NCBI GenBank assembly: GCA_030427525.1
Contig: JAUIBD010000001.1
Coordinates: 18,628-82,627, forward strand
DNA: 64,000 bases
Direction of reading: 5' to 3'
Source of the DNA: a bacterium
GTDB lineage: Bacteria; Patescibacteriota; Saccharimonadia; Saccharimonadales; Saccharimonadaceae
Shown: piece by piece, positions 29,874 through 39,620 of the stretch
How the letters are laid out: every line of letters begins with the position of its first letter
Numbering within the stretch: position 1 is the stretch's first letter
Notes under the pieces: model-generated
Database searches by the model: none
What the model was told of the DNA's origin: nothing
Seen by the model: only the letters and a program-made list of their open reading frames with translations
Program-made: the position numbers and the translations under genes

Positions 29874-32250
29874 CACTATTTCTAACGAGACCTTGGCTGG
29901 TATCGATAAATACTGGCGGGCGGCCAACTATCTTTCAGTGGGGCAAATCTATCTACGCGATAATCCGCTATTAAGGCAGCCGCTTGAACGCAGCGACGTA
30001 AAGAATATTCTGCTGGGACACTGGGGTACAACACCTGGGCAAAACTTCATTTATGCACATCTAAACCGTGTCATCAACGCGCATGATCTAAACATGATAT
30101 ATCTGTCTGGGCCTGGTCATGGTGGCCCAGCACTGGTATCGAATGTCTACCTAGAGGGTAGTTATAGTGAAATTTACCCTGATATTACTCAAGACGAAGA
30201 TGGCATGCGCCGACTATTTCATCAGTTTTCGTTTCCTGGCGGTATTTCTAGCCACGTATCACCACAGGTCCCCGGTTCGATTCACGAAGGTGGTGAGTTA
30301 GGCTATAGCCTAAGCCATGCATTTGGCGCTGTATTCGATAACCCCAATCTAATAGCGGCGTGTGTTGTGGGTGATGGCGAGGCCGAAACTGGACCCTTGG
30401 CTACGGCATGGCATTCAAATAAATTTCTTAGCCCAGTTGGTGATGGTGTTGTACTACCTATCTTGCACCTAAATGGCTATAAGATTTCTAACCCAACCAT
30501 ACTCGCGCGTATAGAGCGCGATGAGTTAGAGCAGCTATTTCGCGGTTATGGATGGGAGCCCTACGTAGTAGAAGGTAGCGACCCAGCCACAATGCATCGT
30601 TTAATGGCTGAAACAATGGAAACGGTGACCAGTGAAATTAAGCGCATAAAGAAACAAGCTGCCGACTACGCCGACTTCCCTCGCCCGCGGTGGCCAATGA
30701 TTATTCTGATATCACCCAAAGGCTGGACGGGTCCAAAGACCGTCAATGGGCTGCCAAATGAGGGTAATTTCCGTTCACACCAAGTTCCGCTAGCACTTGA
30801 TGAAAATTCGTCAGACGAGGATTTCAAGCAACTAGAATCATGGCTACGGAGCTACAAACCCGAAGAGTTATTCGATGAAAACGGCACATTACTACCGGAT
30901 ATTGCTGCCCTCGCACCAAAAGGCGATCGACGCATGGGAGCTAACCCACATACAAATGGCGGCAAGCTACTGCGACCTTTGCAGGTGCCAGATTTTAGGG
31001 ATTATGCACTGGCCGTACCGGAACCGACTGAAACGCGCAGCAGTAGCATGCGCGCACTTGCGCCTTTCCTGCGTGATATCTTGCGCATGAATGACGACCA
31101 AAAGAATTTCCGTATCTTTAGCCCAGACGAAACTATGTCAAACCGCCTAGGTGGCATATTCGAAGTTACCGACCGTCAATGGGATGCCCGTATACGTGAC
31201 GGCGATGAAGCATTGGCCCCGACTGGTCGCGTGATTGACAGCATGCTATCCGAGCATATGGCTGAGGGTTGGCTAGAGGGCTATCTGCTAACTGGTCGCC
31301 ACGGTCTATTCCATAGCTACGAGGCATTTATTCGTATTATCGACAGTATGCTAAATCAGCATGCCAAATGGATAAAAATGAGTTCGGAGCTGCCATGGCG
31401 CGTACCAATTTCATCGCTGAACTACCTGCTTACCAGCCATGTTTGGCGCCAAGACCACAACGGCTTTACACACCAAGACCCAGGTTTTATTGACCATTTG
31501 TTGAATAAAAAAGGTGAAACAATTCGTGTGTACCTTCCACCAGATGCCAACACACTACTTTCGACAGTCGACCACTGTTTGCGCAGTCGGAACTATATCA
31601 ACCTAATGATATGTGGCAAACACGAGGAAGCACCGCAATTCCTTAGTATGCCAGAAGCTATTGAACATTGCTCAGCTGGTCTCGGTATATGGAAATGGGC
31701 ATCAAACGACCATGAAAGTGAGCCAGATGTCGTGCTAGCATGTGCTGGCGATGTGCCGACTCTCGAGACATTAGCGGCAGCGGCGATTTTGCGCGAACAT
31801 CTGCCAGAGCTAAAAGTACGAGTCGTAAATATCATCGATATTATGAAGCTCGAGCCAGAAAGTGAAAGTCCGCACGGCCTATCAGACACCGACTACGACG
31901 ACATCTTTACCACAGACAAGCACATTATATTTGCCTTTCACGGCTATCCGTGGCTTGTACACCGTCTTACGTACAGGAGGAAGAATCGCAACCTACACGT
32001 GCGTGGGTACAAAGAAGAAGGCACTATTACTACTGCGTTCGATATGTGCGTACTAAACAATATTGACCGTTTCAATCTAGTCATCGACACGCTCGACCGC
32101 GTTGGTGATGCATTTGGCAGTAAAGCTGTGTACCTAAAGCAGTCTATGGAGAAAAAATTAGTCCAGCACCGTGAATACATTACCGAAAATGGCTTCGATA
32201 TGCCCGAAATTCGCGACTGGCACTGGGTATTCGACGACAAAGAAGACTAG
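29866..32250 (+). CDS. xfp: Xylulose-5-phosphate/fructose-6-phosphate phosphoketolase
   Basis: [25 protein letters not shown] and EGGELGY motifs. The ATG at 29866 follows GGAGA and overlaps the ackA end by 8 nt. The ORF track's 29785 start is an in-frame extension inside ackA. Confidence 0.9.
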   Translation: MSDTISNETLAGIDKYWRAANYLSVGQIYLRDNPLLRQPLERSDVKNILLGHWGTTPGQNFIYAHLNRVINAHDLNMIYLSGPGHGGPALVSNVYLEGSYSEIYPDITQDEDGMRRLFHQFSFPGGISSHVSPQVPGSIHEGGELGYSLSHAFGAVFDNPNLIAACVVGDGEAETGPLATAWHSNKFLSPVGDGVVLPILHLNGYKISNPTILARIERDELEQLFRGYGWEPYVVEGSDPATMHRLMAETMETVTSEIKRIKKQAADYADFPRPRWPMIILISPKGWTGPKTVNGLPNEGNFRSHQVPLALDENSSDEDFKQLESWLRSYKPEELFDENGTLLPDIAALAPKGDRRMGANPHTNGGKLLRPLQVPDFRDYALAVPEPTETRSSSMRALAPFLRDILRMNDDQKNFRIFSPDETMSNRLGGIFEVTDRQWDARIRDGDEALAPTGRVIDSMLSEHMAEGWLEGYLLTGRHGLFHSYEAFIRIIDSMLNQHAKWIKMSSELPWRVPISSLNYLLTSHVWRQDHNGFTHQDPGFIDHLLNKKGETIRVYLPPDANTLLSTVDHCLRSRNYINLMICGKHEEAPQFLSMPEAIEHCSAGLGIWKWASNDHESEPDVVLACAGDVPTLETLAAAAILREHLPELKVRVVNIIDIMKLEPESESPHGLSDTDYDDIFTTDKHIIFAFHGYPWLVHRLTYRRKNRNLHVRGYKEEGTITTAFDMCVLNNIDRFNLVIDTLDRVGDAFGSKAVYLKQSMEKKLVQHREYITENGFDMPEIRDWHWVFDDKED

Positions 32251-32431
32251 GCAACACCTGGTCTGTTGAGTACCAACGACATACCGTTCTCACTTATACT
32301 AACTGATAAGAAACAAGCAAAATGACAAATTGTTGCGACTGTGTGTGCAGCCTTTGCAGTACTGAATTCTATAGTGATCCACTCGTTTCCGAAGATATCG
32401 ACCTCTACATGTTAATGTTGTACATTTCCCA

Positions 32432-32575
32432 TTCGACGGCATGACCGATTACGCTGTGCGAGGGGTGGGATTGGTAGATGAATTTGTAGCATATACAGAA
32501 ACGGTGGCTCGAAAGCCGGTTATCGAGGTAGCGGACAAAGCGGTCGACTCCCTAGATCTTATTCTTCAGCCCTAA
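32432..32575 (+). pseudogene. 3' remnant of a second HAD-phosphatase gene (paralogue of 28011..28718)
   Basis: Translates FDGMTDYAVRGVGLVDEFVAYTETVARKPVIEVADKAVDSLDLILQP*. The intact gene has GDGMTDYAVRGVGAVNEFIAYTDTVKRKPVIEVADFVATSIDDVLAH. There is no start codon or N-terminal part upstream. Confidence 0.75.
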
Positions 32576-33092
32576 GCAGTGCCGCCATTTGGGCGATTCT
32601 TACCAGATCTTCAAGCACATCAACAGGGTGGTGTGCTGCATCTACCTCGTGCGTTGACGCTTCTTTAAACCATGGCTGTCTTAGCCTGAATACTCGAAGT
32701 GCGCCTTCCTCATCAACCAGAGCCGGACGATCCGTATCGCCACGGTTTCGCAGGCAAGCTCTTGCAACTTCAAATGGAATTTGCAACAACACAACTGGCC
32801 CGTAACTCTGTGCTGCAGAAAGAGCATTTCTGCCTAGCTCGGTACGGACAATTTCACCAGTCGTAGCGATGACGCCAGGTTCTGCGTCTAACAATTCTTG
32901 CAGCGCCAACACTTCTTGTGTAACTAGTTCCACCGGATCTTCCCTGAAGAGTTGTGCTACATCTACACCTCTACCCTTCATGTGTAATTCCGTATCATGA
33001 AACGGTACTTCCATGCGAGCTGCTGCAGCCTTGCCCACAAGAGATTTTCCAGCCCCTGGGGTACCAATTAGTACTAACCGCTCCTTTAACAT
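32559..33092 (-). CDS. Shikimate-kinase-family P-loop kinase
   Basis: LIGTPGAGKSLVGKAAAARMEVPFHDTE, and VIATTGEIV in place of the usual VIATGGG. The start was chosen at MLKERLVLIG. The ORF track extends to 33131. Confidence 0.6.
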   Translation of the reverse strand: MLKERLVLIGTPGAGKSLVGKAAAARMEVPFHDTELHMKGRGVDVAQLFREDPVELVTQEVLALQELLDAEPGVIATTGEIVRTELGRNALSAAQSYGPVVLLQIPFEVARACLRNRGDTDRPALVDEEGALRVFRLRQPWFKEASTHEVDAAHHPVDVLEDLVRIAQMAALLRAEE

Positions 33093-33157
33093 AATTCTGA
33101 CTAGTATGTACCCCCTCTTGGGTTTAATCAAGCATTAGCTCGAACGATCGACGTTGC

Positions 33158-33745
33158 TCATCTCCATAAGACGAGAATTGCAATAACGAGGAAGTTACCC
33201 ATGAGTGCCAGCCTAGAATATCGGCGTGCGGTGCGTAGCGTAATGTATGTTATGAAGCCGGCAAACAAATATAGCGGGAGTGTTTGTAGTGAAGCTAAGT
33301 GCCACAAATCTGCTGGTAAATAATAGTAGATATAGTCATCAAATAGCCACAGAAAACTAAGGTTCACTAACGTTTCAATAACTATTGCCTCTACCATAAA
33401 TATCGTGGAAAACGCGAGTGCCGACGTTAGTTTTTTTCGCTTCAGTAAATCTTTCAGTAAGTATATATGTAAGCCAATCATTCCCCATAAAAACACAGAA
33501 TAGATCGATGTATAGCTGTCGTGTATCGGCAAAACATGATACACCCAGAGTGGAGCATTGAAGACTGCCTGGTACACTGAATCAAATATTATTTCACCGA
33601 TTAAGCCAAGCGCTGCCATTGTGGTGATATAAAGGCTCATTTCGCTCCAATTGGGTACAATCACTTTTCCCGCCAGCATACAATTACCCACGTATATAAT
33701 TACGAGCCAACTAAGTGCAAAAAGTATAAGCGACATACCATCCAT
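33158..33745 (-). CDS. Hypothetical polytopic membrane protein (195 aa)
   Basis: Five to six hydrophobic helices. No motif was confidently recognised. Confidence 0.5.
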   Translation of the reverse strand: MDGMSLILFALSWLVIIYVGNCMLAGKVIVPNWSEMSLYITTMAALGLIGEIIFDSVYQAVFNAPLWVYHVLPIHDSYTSIYSVFLWGMIGLHIYLLKDLLKRKKLTSALAFSTIFMVEAIVIETLVNLSFLWLFDDYIYYYLPADLWHLASLQTLPLYLFAGFITYITLRTARRYSRLALMGNFLVIAILVLWR

Positions 33746-33831
33746 TCTGTCTACTATACCGCATCTTTCGGGCTAAAATTATTCGGTTTATTGATTGATT
33801 ACGGAAAACGAGGCATACTAGTAATGCTTTT

Positions 33832-34752
33832 ATGAAAAAACAAACAAAATGGCTATTAGTTGCGTTTGCTGGTGCTGCATTGGCGGCGCCAAACCCTATG
33901 GTGATTCATCTTGTTTCGAATGATATCGACCCCTACATGCTAAACGTTGTTCGGTTTTTGCTTGCGGGGTTGGTTTTCTTGCCGTATCTACTAAAAGACC
34001 TGCGTGCCATTTTGCGTCGCGGCAAAAAAGGGCTAAAGTGGCTGCTAATTGCCACCAGTTCGCTGGTAGTGGCTGGCACGACATATACCATGGCGTTAGC
34101 GCAGGCACCTGCCAGCTATATTGCGCTATTTGGCCTCGTTTCCCCTGTTATGATAGTGGCATTTGCATCACTAATCATGCGAGAACGTATAAGTAAACGA
34201 GCATTTTCGGGTGTCGTTATAGCTGGTATGGGCGCGTTCATTCTAGCAGCAGTACCGCTGCTAGCTGCCGATAAAGTAGAGCTAAAAATTTACCCACTTG
34301 CCACATTTCTAGCGGTTGTTTCTGCTATAGGCTACCCGTTTTACGTGGTAGCAGCCAAAGAAGTCACACGCTTCCGTATTCATGTATTCTCGGTTATTTC
34401 GTTCTCTAGCCTCGTTACCAGCCTTGCAAGCCTTGGCATTTGGTTTGTCGCAACAGATCGCTCACTACCTGAGCCAACGCCCGTAATGCTCCTTGCCCTA
34501 CTCTTTATGGGAGTCGTTGTACTCGGCATTTCCCGTTCGTTATCATTTTTCAGCTACAAACACCTCTCGTCCCCAGTGCTGAGTACTATGTTTTACCTAG
34601 AATCACTGCTCGCTGTCATGCTGCCAGTGGTGCTAATTGGTGAAAAAGTATCATTCGAAATGCTCATCGGTGGCCTACTAATCATGCTCGGTGTCTACGT
34701 TTCCGGGCATCATATTCGCATCCACCCGCATCATCATGCACTAAAACCTTGA
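33832..34752 (+). CDS. EamA/DMT-family transporter
   Basis: About ten TM segments in two repeated halves, at a typical length of 306 aa. Confidence 0.65.
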   Translation: MKKQTKWLLVAFAGAALAAPNPMVIHLVSNDIDPYMLNVVRFLLAGLVFLPYLLKDLRAILRRGKKGLKWLLIATSSLVVAGTTYTMALAQAPASYIALFGLVSPVMIVAFASLIMRERISKRAFSGVVIAGMGAFILAAVPLLAADKVELKIYPLATFLAVVSAIGYPFYVVAAKEVTRFRIHVFSVISFSSLVTSLASLGIWFVATDRSLPEPTPVMLLALLFMGVVVLGISRSLSFFSYKHLSSPVLSTMFYLESLLAVMLPVVLIGEKVSFEMLIGGLLIMLGVYVSGHHIRIHPHHHALKP

Positions 34753-34878
34753 CTTTGAAGTTCATTTAGGTTATGATTAAGGTAGTTTTACGTATTCCTT
34801 ACCTAAAATTCGGATGAATGCTCACTTCTATTAGCCTAGCGATTCATCACTTGATGAACTGAAAGGCATCTAAAAAAC

Positions 34879-36156
34879 ATGTATAAAAAACGTCCCTCAA
34901 ACGGGAATCGTGGTACTGCTGCGCGGCCAAACCGTGGCCCAAACAGCTCGAACCGCTCAAACAACAGCCGTCGCCCAAACCGTGGCGGCAACCGCTCTGG
35001 CGGCAACCGTGGCAAAAGCGGTAGCCGTGGCAAACAATTCATTCACGAATCCAAATTTATCAACCGCGAGGTTGTGCAGCCAACAGCCGAGGTAGAGGTA
35101 CACACCCCTACTCATGCTAGTTTTGCTGAGTTTCGTTTGGTAGAACCGTTGCAGAAAAACATTGCGAGCCTTGGCTTTGAAACACCCAGCGCGATTCAAG
35201 ACCAAACTATTGGGCTTGGGCTCGCTGGCAAAGATATCATTGGCCTAGCCAACACCGGCACGGGTAAAACCGCGGCGTTTCTGCTGCCTATTATCAACCG
35301 CCTATACCGACAGTGCGTGCAAGGTTCAGTGCTAATCATGGCGCCAACTCGTGAGCTGGCCGACCAGATCGACCAAGAATTCCGTAAATTCGCCCGCGAT
35401 ATGAAGCTGTACTCTGTACTGCTAGTTGGTGGCGTAAACATTGGCCCACAATTTCGTAGCTTGCAGCGTCGTCCGCATGTCATTATTGGCACACCTGGTC
35501 GTATCAAAGACCACATCGAACGTGGCTCGCTAACCCTGATAAACATCAATACATTTGTACTAGACGAAGCCGACCGCATGCTAGACATGGGCTTTGTAAA
35601 CGACATTCGCCAGATTGCCTCATTCCTTCCGGGCAACCGCCAAACTATGTGCTTTAGCGCTACGTTTAGCGACGCCGTGCGCAAGATTACCAATGATTTT
35701 ATGGTAGAACCACAGCTCGTATCGGTGAAAAAGGCTGAAACTAGCGACCACATTCACCAAGACATCGTGCACTACAGCGACAACCAGCACAAAAAAGACT
35801 TATTACTTTCACTACTGGCAGACGACGCACTAGAAAAAGTAATAATTTTTGGCGAAACCAAATACGGTGTACAGCGCCTGTCTGACACTATTGAAAAACA
35901 AGGCATTAGCTCGCGCGCAATTCACGGTAACAAATCTCAGGGTCAGCGAAACCGCGCCCTAGCAGATTTCAAGACTTCGAAAGCTCGTGTGCTCGTAGCC
36001 ACCGACGTAGCTGCGCGCGGCCTCGACGTACCAAATGTCAGCCACGTGATCAATTTCGACACGCCAACTACATACGACGATTATGTGCACCGCATCGGCC
36101 GAACAGGCCGTGGCGGCAAGGTGGGTGCTGCGCTGACTTTTGTGCAGAAGAAATAG
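34879..36156 (+). CDS. DEAD-box ATP-dependent RNA helicase with an RG/RN-rich N-terminal tail
   Basis: Q motif (FETPSAIQ), ANTGTGKTAAF, DEAD, SAT and HRIGRTGRGG. Confidence 0.9.
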   Translation: MYKKRPSNGNRGTAARPNRGPNSSNRSNNSRRPNRGGNRSGGNRGKSGSRGKQFIHESKFINREVVQPTAEVEVHTPTHASFAEFRLVEPLQKNIASLGFETPSAIQDQTIGLGLAGKDIIGLANTGTGKTAAFLLPIINRLYRQCVQGSVLIMAPTRELADQIDQEFRKFARDMKLYSVLLVGGVNIGPQFRSLQRRPHVIIGTPGRIKDHIERGSLTLININTFVLDEADRMLDMGFVNDIRQIASFLPGNRQTMCFSATFSDAVRKITNDFMVEPQLVSVKKAETSDHIHQDIVHYSDNQHKKDLLLSLLADDALEKVIIFGETKYGVQRLSDTIEKQGISSRAIHGNKSQGQRNRALADFKTSKARVLVATDVAARGLDVPNVSHVINFDTPTTYDDYVHRIGRTGRGGKVGAALTFVQKK

Positions 36157-36160
36157 CAAA

Positions 36161-36592
36161 TTATCTGAAAAGTTGGAATTTCTTTGTCAAAGCCTTGATT
36201 GTATCTGTATCTGCGAATGTTACGATTCCTAGATATTCAAGTTCATCTTCGCTAGTCGCGGCAGTTGCATCGACTTGTTCTTGCGATGTACCGATAGTCA
36301 TGGTTGAAGTAAAATCATTGTACGGCAAGCCCTGAGCAATCAGCTCGTTGCGTAATGTACGAATTTGGTTTGAGTTCCCTGCTTTTAACACTATAAACGG
36401 AAAGTGTGAGATGCTTGGGTGGCTAGTGCCAGAGGCGTCCACATACTCGATAAAGGCATAGTCTGATTCAGAGTATTTCGCCACAAAACCAGCCGTCATA
36501 TGCCCTAATGCGTTAAATAAACGACCTAATTCTGCTTTTTTATTTAATACAGCTACAAATCGATACGTTGTCTCGTCTGGTAAGTTTTGCAT
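36161..36592 (-). CDS. Hypothetical protein, possibly DUF2000 family
   Basis: Its size and the blocks LNKKAELGRLFNALGHMTAG ... FPFIVLKA ... LGIVTFA resemble DUF2000 as I recall it. This was not verified. Confidence 0.4.
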   Translation of the reverse strand: MQNLPDETTYRFVAVLNKKAELGRLFNALGHMTAGFVAKYSESDYAFIEYVDASGTSHPSISHFPFIVLKAGNSNQIRTLRNELIAQGLPYNDFTSTMTIGTSQEQVDATAATSEDELEYLGIVTFADTDTIKALTKKFQLFR

Positions 36593-36609
36593 GACCTAAT
36601 TGTACACGA

Positions 36610-37242
36610 CTACGGAAAAATGTCGTGATTTCCACCATTCACAATCACAGCTTGATCATCCGTAATATGTTCAGTTTTGAAACCTGCGTTCTGCAGGTTT
36701 CTTTCTATTTCGGCCATATCTTCGCCATATTTTACATTGTCCCAGTGTGGTACAACAGCGATATCTGTCAGTACTAGCCCGTCGTAAATTACTTCTGGTG
36801 CTTTTGCAGGGTCGTCGACAGGTTCAAAATATTTCAGAGTTGGGCCACCGACAATTGCACCTGCGCTGCCACCGCCGTAGATTTTTCCATCCGAAACGAG
36901 TCGTTTTATCATCTCGTCCGCACCAGTTTCACGCAAAATCCAACGTAGATAATAGGTATTTCCGCCGCCAAGCCATATTGCGTCGGCTTTTTCTAATTCG
37001 GCGAGTAGCTGCTCTTTCTTGTTTGTATATTCCTTTAAATCAATCAATTCGACTTGGAATCCATGCGATGTAATGGCATCGCGGTTTTCATACATCCAGC
37101 CCTTCTTTTCTTCTACATACGTATCGGCGGCATTTTCAATGAGTGCAAGCCTTATGTCGCTAGGCTTTTCTTTGCCGGTGAGCTCCACAAATGAAGAGAG
37201 TTGCGATGGCGATATTGCGAGGGAGGAGAGGAAGAGTTTCAT
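36610..37242 (-). CDS. Peptidase S51 (dipeptidase E-like)
   Basis: IWLGGGNTYYL and the nucleophile region YGGGSAGAIV. Confidence 0.7.
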   Translation of the reverse strand: MKLFLSSLAISPSQLSSFVELTGKEKPSDIRLALIENAADTYVEEKKGWMYENRDAITSHGFQVELIDLKEYTNKKEQLLAELEKADAIWLGGGNTYYLRWILRETGADEMIKRLVSDGKIYGGGSAGAIVGGPTLKYFEPVDDPAKAPEVIYDGLVLTDIAVVPHWDNVKYGEDMAEIERNLQNAGFKTEHITDDQAVIVNGGNHDIFP

Positions 37243-37248
37243 GATGTG

Positions 37249-38400
37249 TTATTCCTGCTCAGCGACTTCGTCAACCTTTACGGGTAGCATGCCTTCCGCC
37301 TCCATCCTATCAAGAATGCCACGAGTCAGTTTGTTTCCCGACAACTGCAAAACATATTCTCTCCCATTCGGCTTGAGGGTTCGTATGAAATTTTGTTTGC
37401 GCATTTTCGCTAAACGCTTCGATATTACAACGTGCGAATAGTCTTCTGGCCATAAGTCTTTAATATCACCAGCCTTTATCCTCTGCTTGCGGGCAAGTCT
37501 GTTTAATATCTTGGTTTCGATATCATTAGTTATATTTTTTTCATTTGCCCACAAGAAAGTTGGCATAAGTAAGCGGTCTTTAACGAAATTTCTATCAGCA
37601 AGTTTTTGAGATTTTTTGATTTCATCTTGAAGGCCTTCAAGTACATATTCACACCACTCCTGCATACTTTCTTCTCCACCCTCATCTGCAATCGAGAGCT
37701 TATCATAGTATTGCTCCCTATCTCCGGCGAAGACTGATGTCGGATTAAAAAGTCGCGCTGATCCTGGGGTGATAAAACCTTTTTTACATAGCATGCTATA
37801 GGTTAACAGTCTGACGGCTCTTCCATTCCCGTTGCCGAAAGGATGTATCCACACAAAGCGATGATGTGCCACAGCAATTTTTAGCAAATCCACTTTTGGA
37901 TCACAGTCTTCGTTAATATAATCAAATAGTTCGTCCATTAGATCTTTAATGTCTGAGGGTTGTGGCAATACGTGTTTGGAGTTTGCGATTTCGCGATAGT
38001 CAACACGGTATGATCCCGGGCGTGTGTCGCCTTCATTGTCTGGTGAAAGGTTCTTCACAACCATCTCGTGTAAATGCGATATGAACCTCGCATCAATTTT
38101 TGTCTCAGCAATATTATCATCAATGAACTCCAGAGCCTCTATTAGATTTGAAATCTCGATTAGCTTTTCGTTATCGGTATCTTTTTTATCTAATTTTCTC
38201 TCAACAAAGGTGGCGAGCGTAGTATGATTTCCCTCAATTCTCGCTGATGACAACGCTTCAACTATATGAAAAAGGTTCTTTAACTCGTAAAACACCCATG
38301 GTTCTGTACTGCCTGACACTCCATGATTGCGTAACTGCTGAAGCTCGACAATTATATCCGTCAGTTTTGAATTAAATGTTGGTGTAGGCGTAACTATCAT
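37249..38400 (-). CDS. fic: Fic-family protein (Fic_N, Fic core and a C-terminal winged-helix-like tail)
   Basis: Core motif HPFGNGNGRAVR (HxFx[DE]GNGRxxR) and the N-terminal SSARIEGNHTT block. Confidence 0.85.
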   Translation of the reverse strand: MIVTPTPTFNSKLTDIIVELQQLRNHGVSGSTEPWVFYELKNLFHIVEALSSARIEGNHTTLATFVERKLDKKDTDNEKLIEISNLIEALEFIDDNIAETKIDARFISHLHEMVVKNLSPDNEGDTRPGSYRVDYREIANSKHVLPQPSDIKDLMDELFDYINEDCDPKVDLLKIAVAHHRFVWIHPFGNGNGRAVRLLTYSMLCKKGFITPGSARLFNPTSVFAGDREQYYDKLSIADEGGEESMQEWCEYVLEGLQDEIKKSQKLADRNFVKDRLLMPTFLWANEKNITNDIETKILNRLARKQRIKAGDIKDLWPEDYSHVVISKRLAKMRKQNFIRTLKPNGREYVLQLSGNKLTRGILDRMEAEGMLPVKVDEVAEQE

Positions 38401-38425
38401 CTACTCCAATTGTAACTTAGTGTTT

Positions 38426-38493
38426 ATGAATATGTAACCTTTACCGTCATTTTATAGATGAAATATGTAACCATAAGCATAACCATATGTACC
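38426..38493 (-). repeat. Direct repeats GGTTACATAT(T) upstream of fic
   Basis: Plus-strand ATGAATATGTAACC (38426-38439), ATGAAATATGTAACC (38458-38472) and a partial copy CCATATGTACC (38483-38493). Confidence 0.6.
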
Positions 38494-38517
38494 CTAACTC
38501 ACATTGCAGACTCGTTT

Positions 38518-38581
38518 TGGTGATTCCGCGGAGAATACTGAGTTATATCTTCAGCGCAATAGAGAAAACTAAGAGGTAGCT
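38518..38581 (-). repeat. Degenerate copy of the tRNA-Glu 3' end plus about 45 nt of flank (copy d)
   Basis: TGGTGATTCCGCGGAGAATACTGAGTTATATCTTCAGCGCAATAGAGAAAACTAAGAGGTAGCT aligns along its whole length with 41168-41232. Confidence 0.7.
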
Positions 38582-38642
38582 CCCGCGGAGAAGAACGCTT
38601 CAAATCTACATCTACGCAGAAATGTGCGAACTAACCTCAATT

Positions 38643-39251
38643 CTAAATGTCTCGAGCATACAGGGTTTGCTGTACACCGGCAATTGGAGCGCCAGTGCGA
38701 CGCGTGCTTGTGAAACCATGGCCTAGCAAAATCGGCACCGCAGGATCATTATCTGTAGCAGAAACCAAAAGTCGCACTTGCTCTTCACGGGCTTCGCATG
38801 CCGCATGTCGAACTAATTTTGTAAGAATTTGGTCTCTTCGCTCAGGCGAAAGTGCGTGCTCGGCAGAAAGCTGAAATATACTGAGTGGTCTGTCTGGTCT
38901 ATGATAATTACCAACTAGAGTTCTGGCCCGGTTTATGACTTTACCAACACCACGGCTGAATGGTGCATCATCTGCACGATTCCACTCTGATAATTTCAGT
39001 ACTCCGTCTAGAGAACCATCCAGCCATGCGCCCATATACGCAAGATATGCCAGCTCTTCTCCTGTCTGCACACCACGCTCTAAGCTGTCTAGCTGCCCGT
39101 CAACCAGCTCGTCAGACCCGGGGTCTGCAATTTTTCTTGCTTCTTCTTCTGGCAAACCAAGGGTGTGCACCAAATCTTGCAGCACCAAAACTTGTACTCG
39201 CTCGGCGTTCTTGAGCGTTGGCTGTATTGGGGCTATATCTATACGCGACAT
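38643..39251 (-). CDS. Hypothetical protein (202 aa), possibly a degenerate GNAT-fold protein
   Basis: The C-terminal LLGHGF and a preceding helix resemble GNAT motifs A/B, but the Q/RxxGxG/A signature is not intact. Confidence 0.4.
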   Translation of the reverse strand: MSRIDIAPIQPTLKNAERVQVLVLQDLVHTLGLPEEEARKIADPGSDELVDGQLDSLERGVQTGEELAYLAYMGAWLDGSLDGVLKLSEWNRADDAPFSRGVGKVINRARTLVGNYHRPDRPLSIFQLSAEHALSPERRDQILTKLVRHAACEAREEQVRLLVSATDNDPAVPILLGHGFTSTRRTGAPIAGVQQTLYARDI

Positions 39252-39302
39252 GTTAGTAGATATTAATGACAGTGTTTGGTAATTTTGTCAATGGAATAGC
39301 TG

Positions 39303-39316
39303 CTGGTGACCTCACG
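39303..39316 (-). repeat. 14-nt exact copy of the tRNA-Glu 3' end (copy c)
   Basis: TGGTGACCTCACGG is identical to 41356-41369. It is embedded in a CTGGTGA...TCACCAG inverted repeat. Confidence 0.6.
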
Positions 39317-39389
39317 GTTCCAACGCTTCACCAGATTTTTTGCTAGGCTTTTTAAAACATGGTATCGTATGTGTAAGCGAGAGACACGT

Positions 39390-39513
39390 TCACGCTAGCA
39401 GGAAGGGGGTGGACCCCCATGATGGAGACCGGTTGGGACCAGGACTGACCTGGACACCGCCAGGGTGGGACGGCAGCACGCTGTCCCACCCTGGCCCGCG
39501 CCCTTCTTGCGCA
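39390..39513 (-). other. GC-rich foreign DNA fragment with a 12-bp GC hairpin
   Basis: Hairpin CCAGGGTGGGAC (39459-39470) / GTCCCACCCTGG (39482-39493). The 13-mer GCCCTTCTTGCGC (39499-39511) is identical to the 3' end of the 83-codon ORF at 41690-41702. Confidence 0.6.
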
Positions 39514-39620
39514 CACTTATACAAATGTAAGTTGTACTGATGAGTTCAAAAGAACGAAAAGTGTGTAGCAGTATATGATAGTTGCTAAAGTGTAAATAAT
39601 ATGCTATTGTATATCTATCT

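Noticed and set aside
39340-39540. ORFs called inside the GC-rich patches: 39340..39540 (+), 41527..41721 (+), 41654..41971 (+), 41697..41909 (+) and 41560..41757 (-).
   Set aside because: GC-rich DNA is open in many frames. Only the minus-strand frame 41687..41938 shows the G/C-at-third-position periodicity together with an SD and a terminator. The patch at 39.4 kb has no frame with a credible start.
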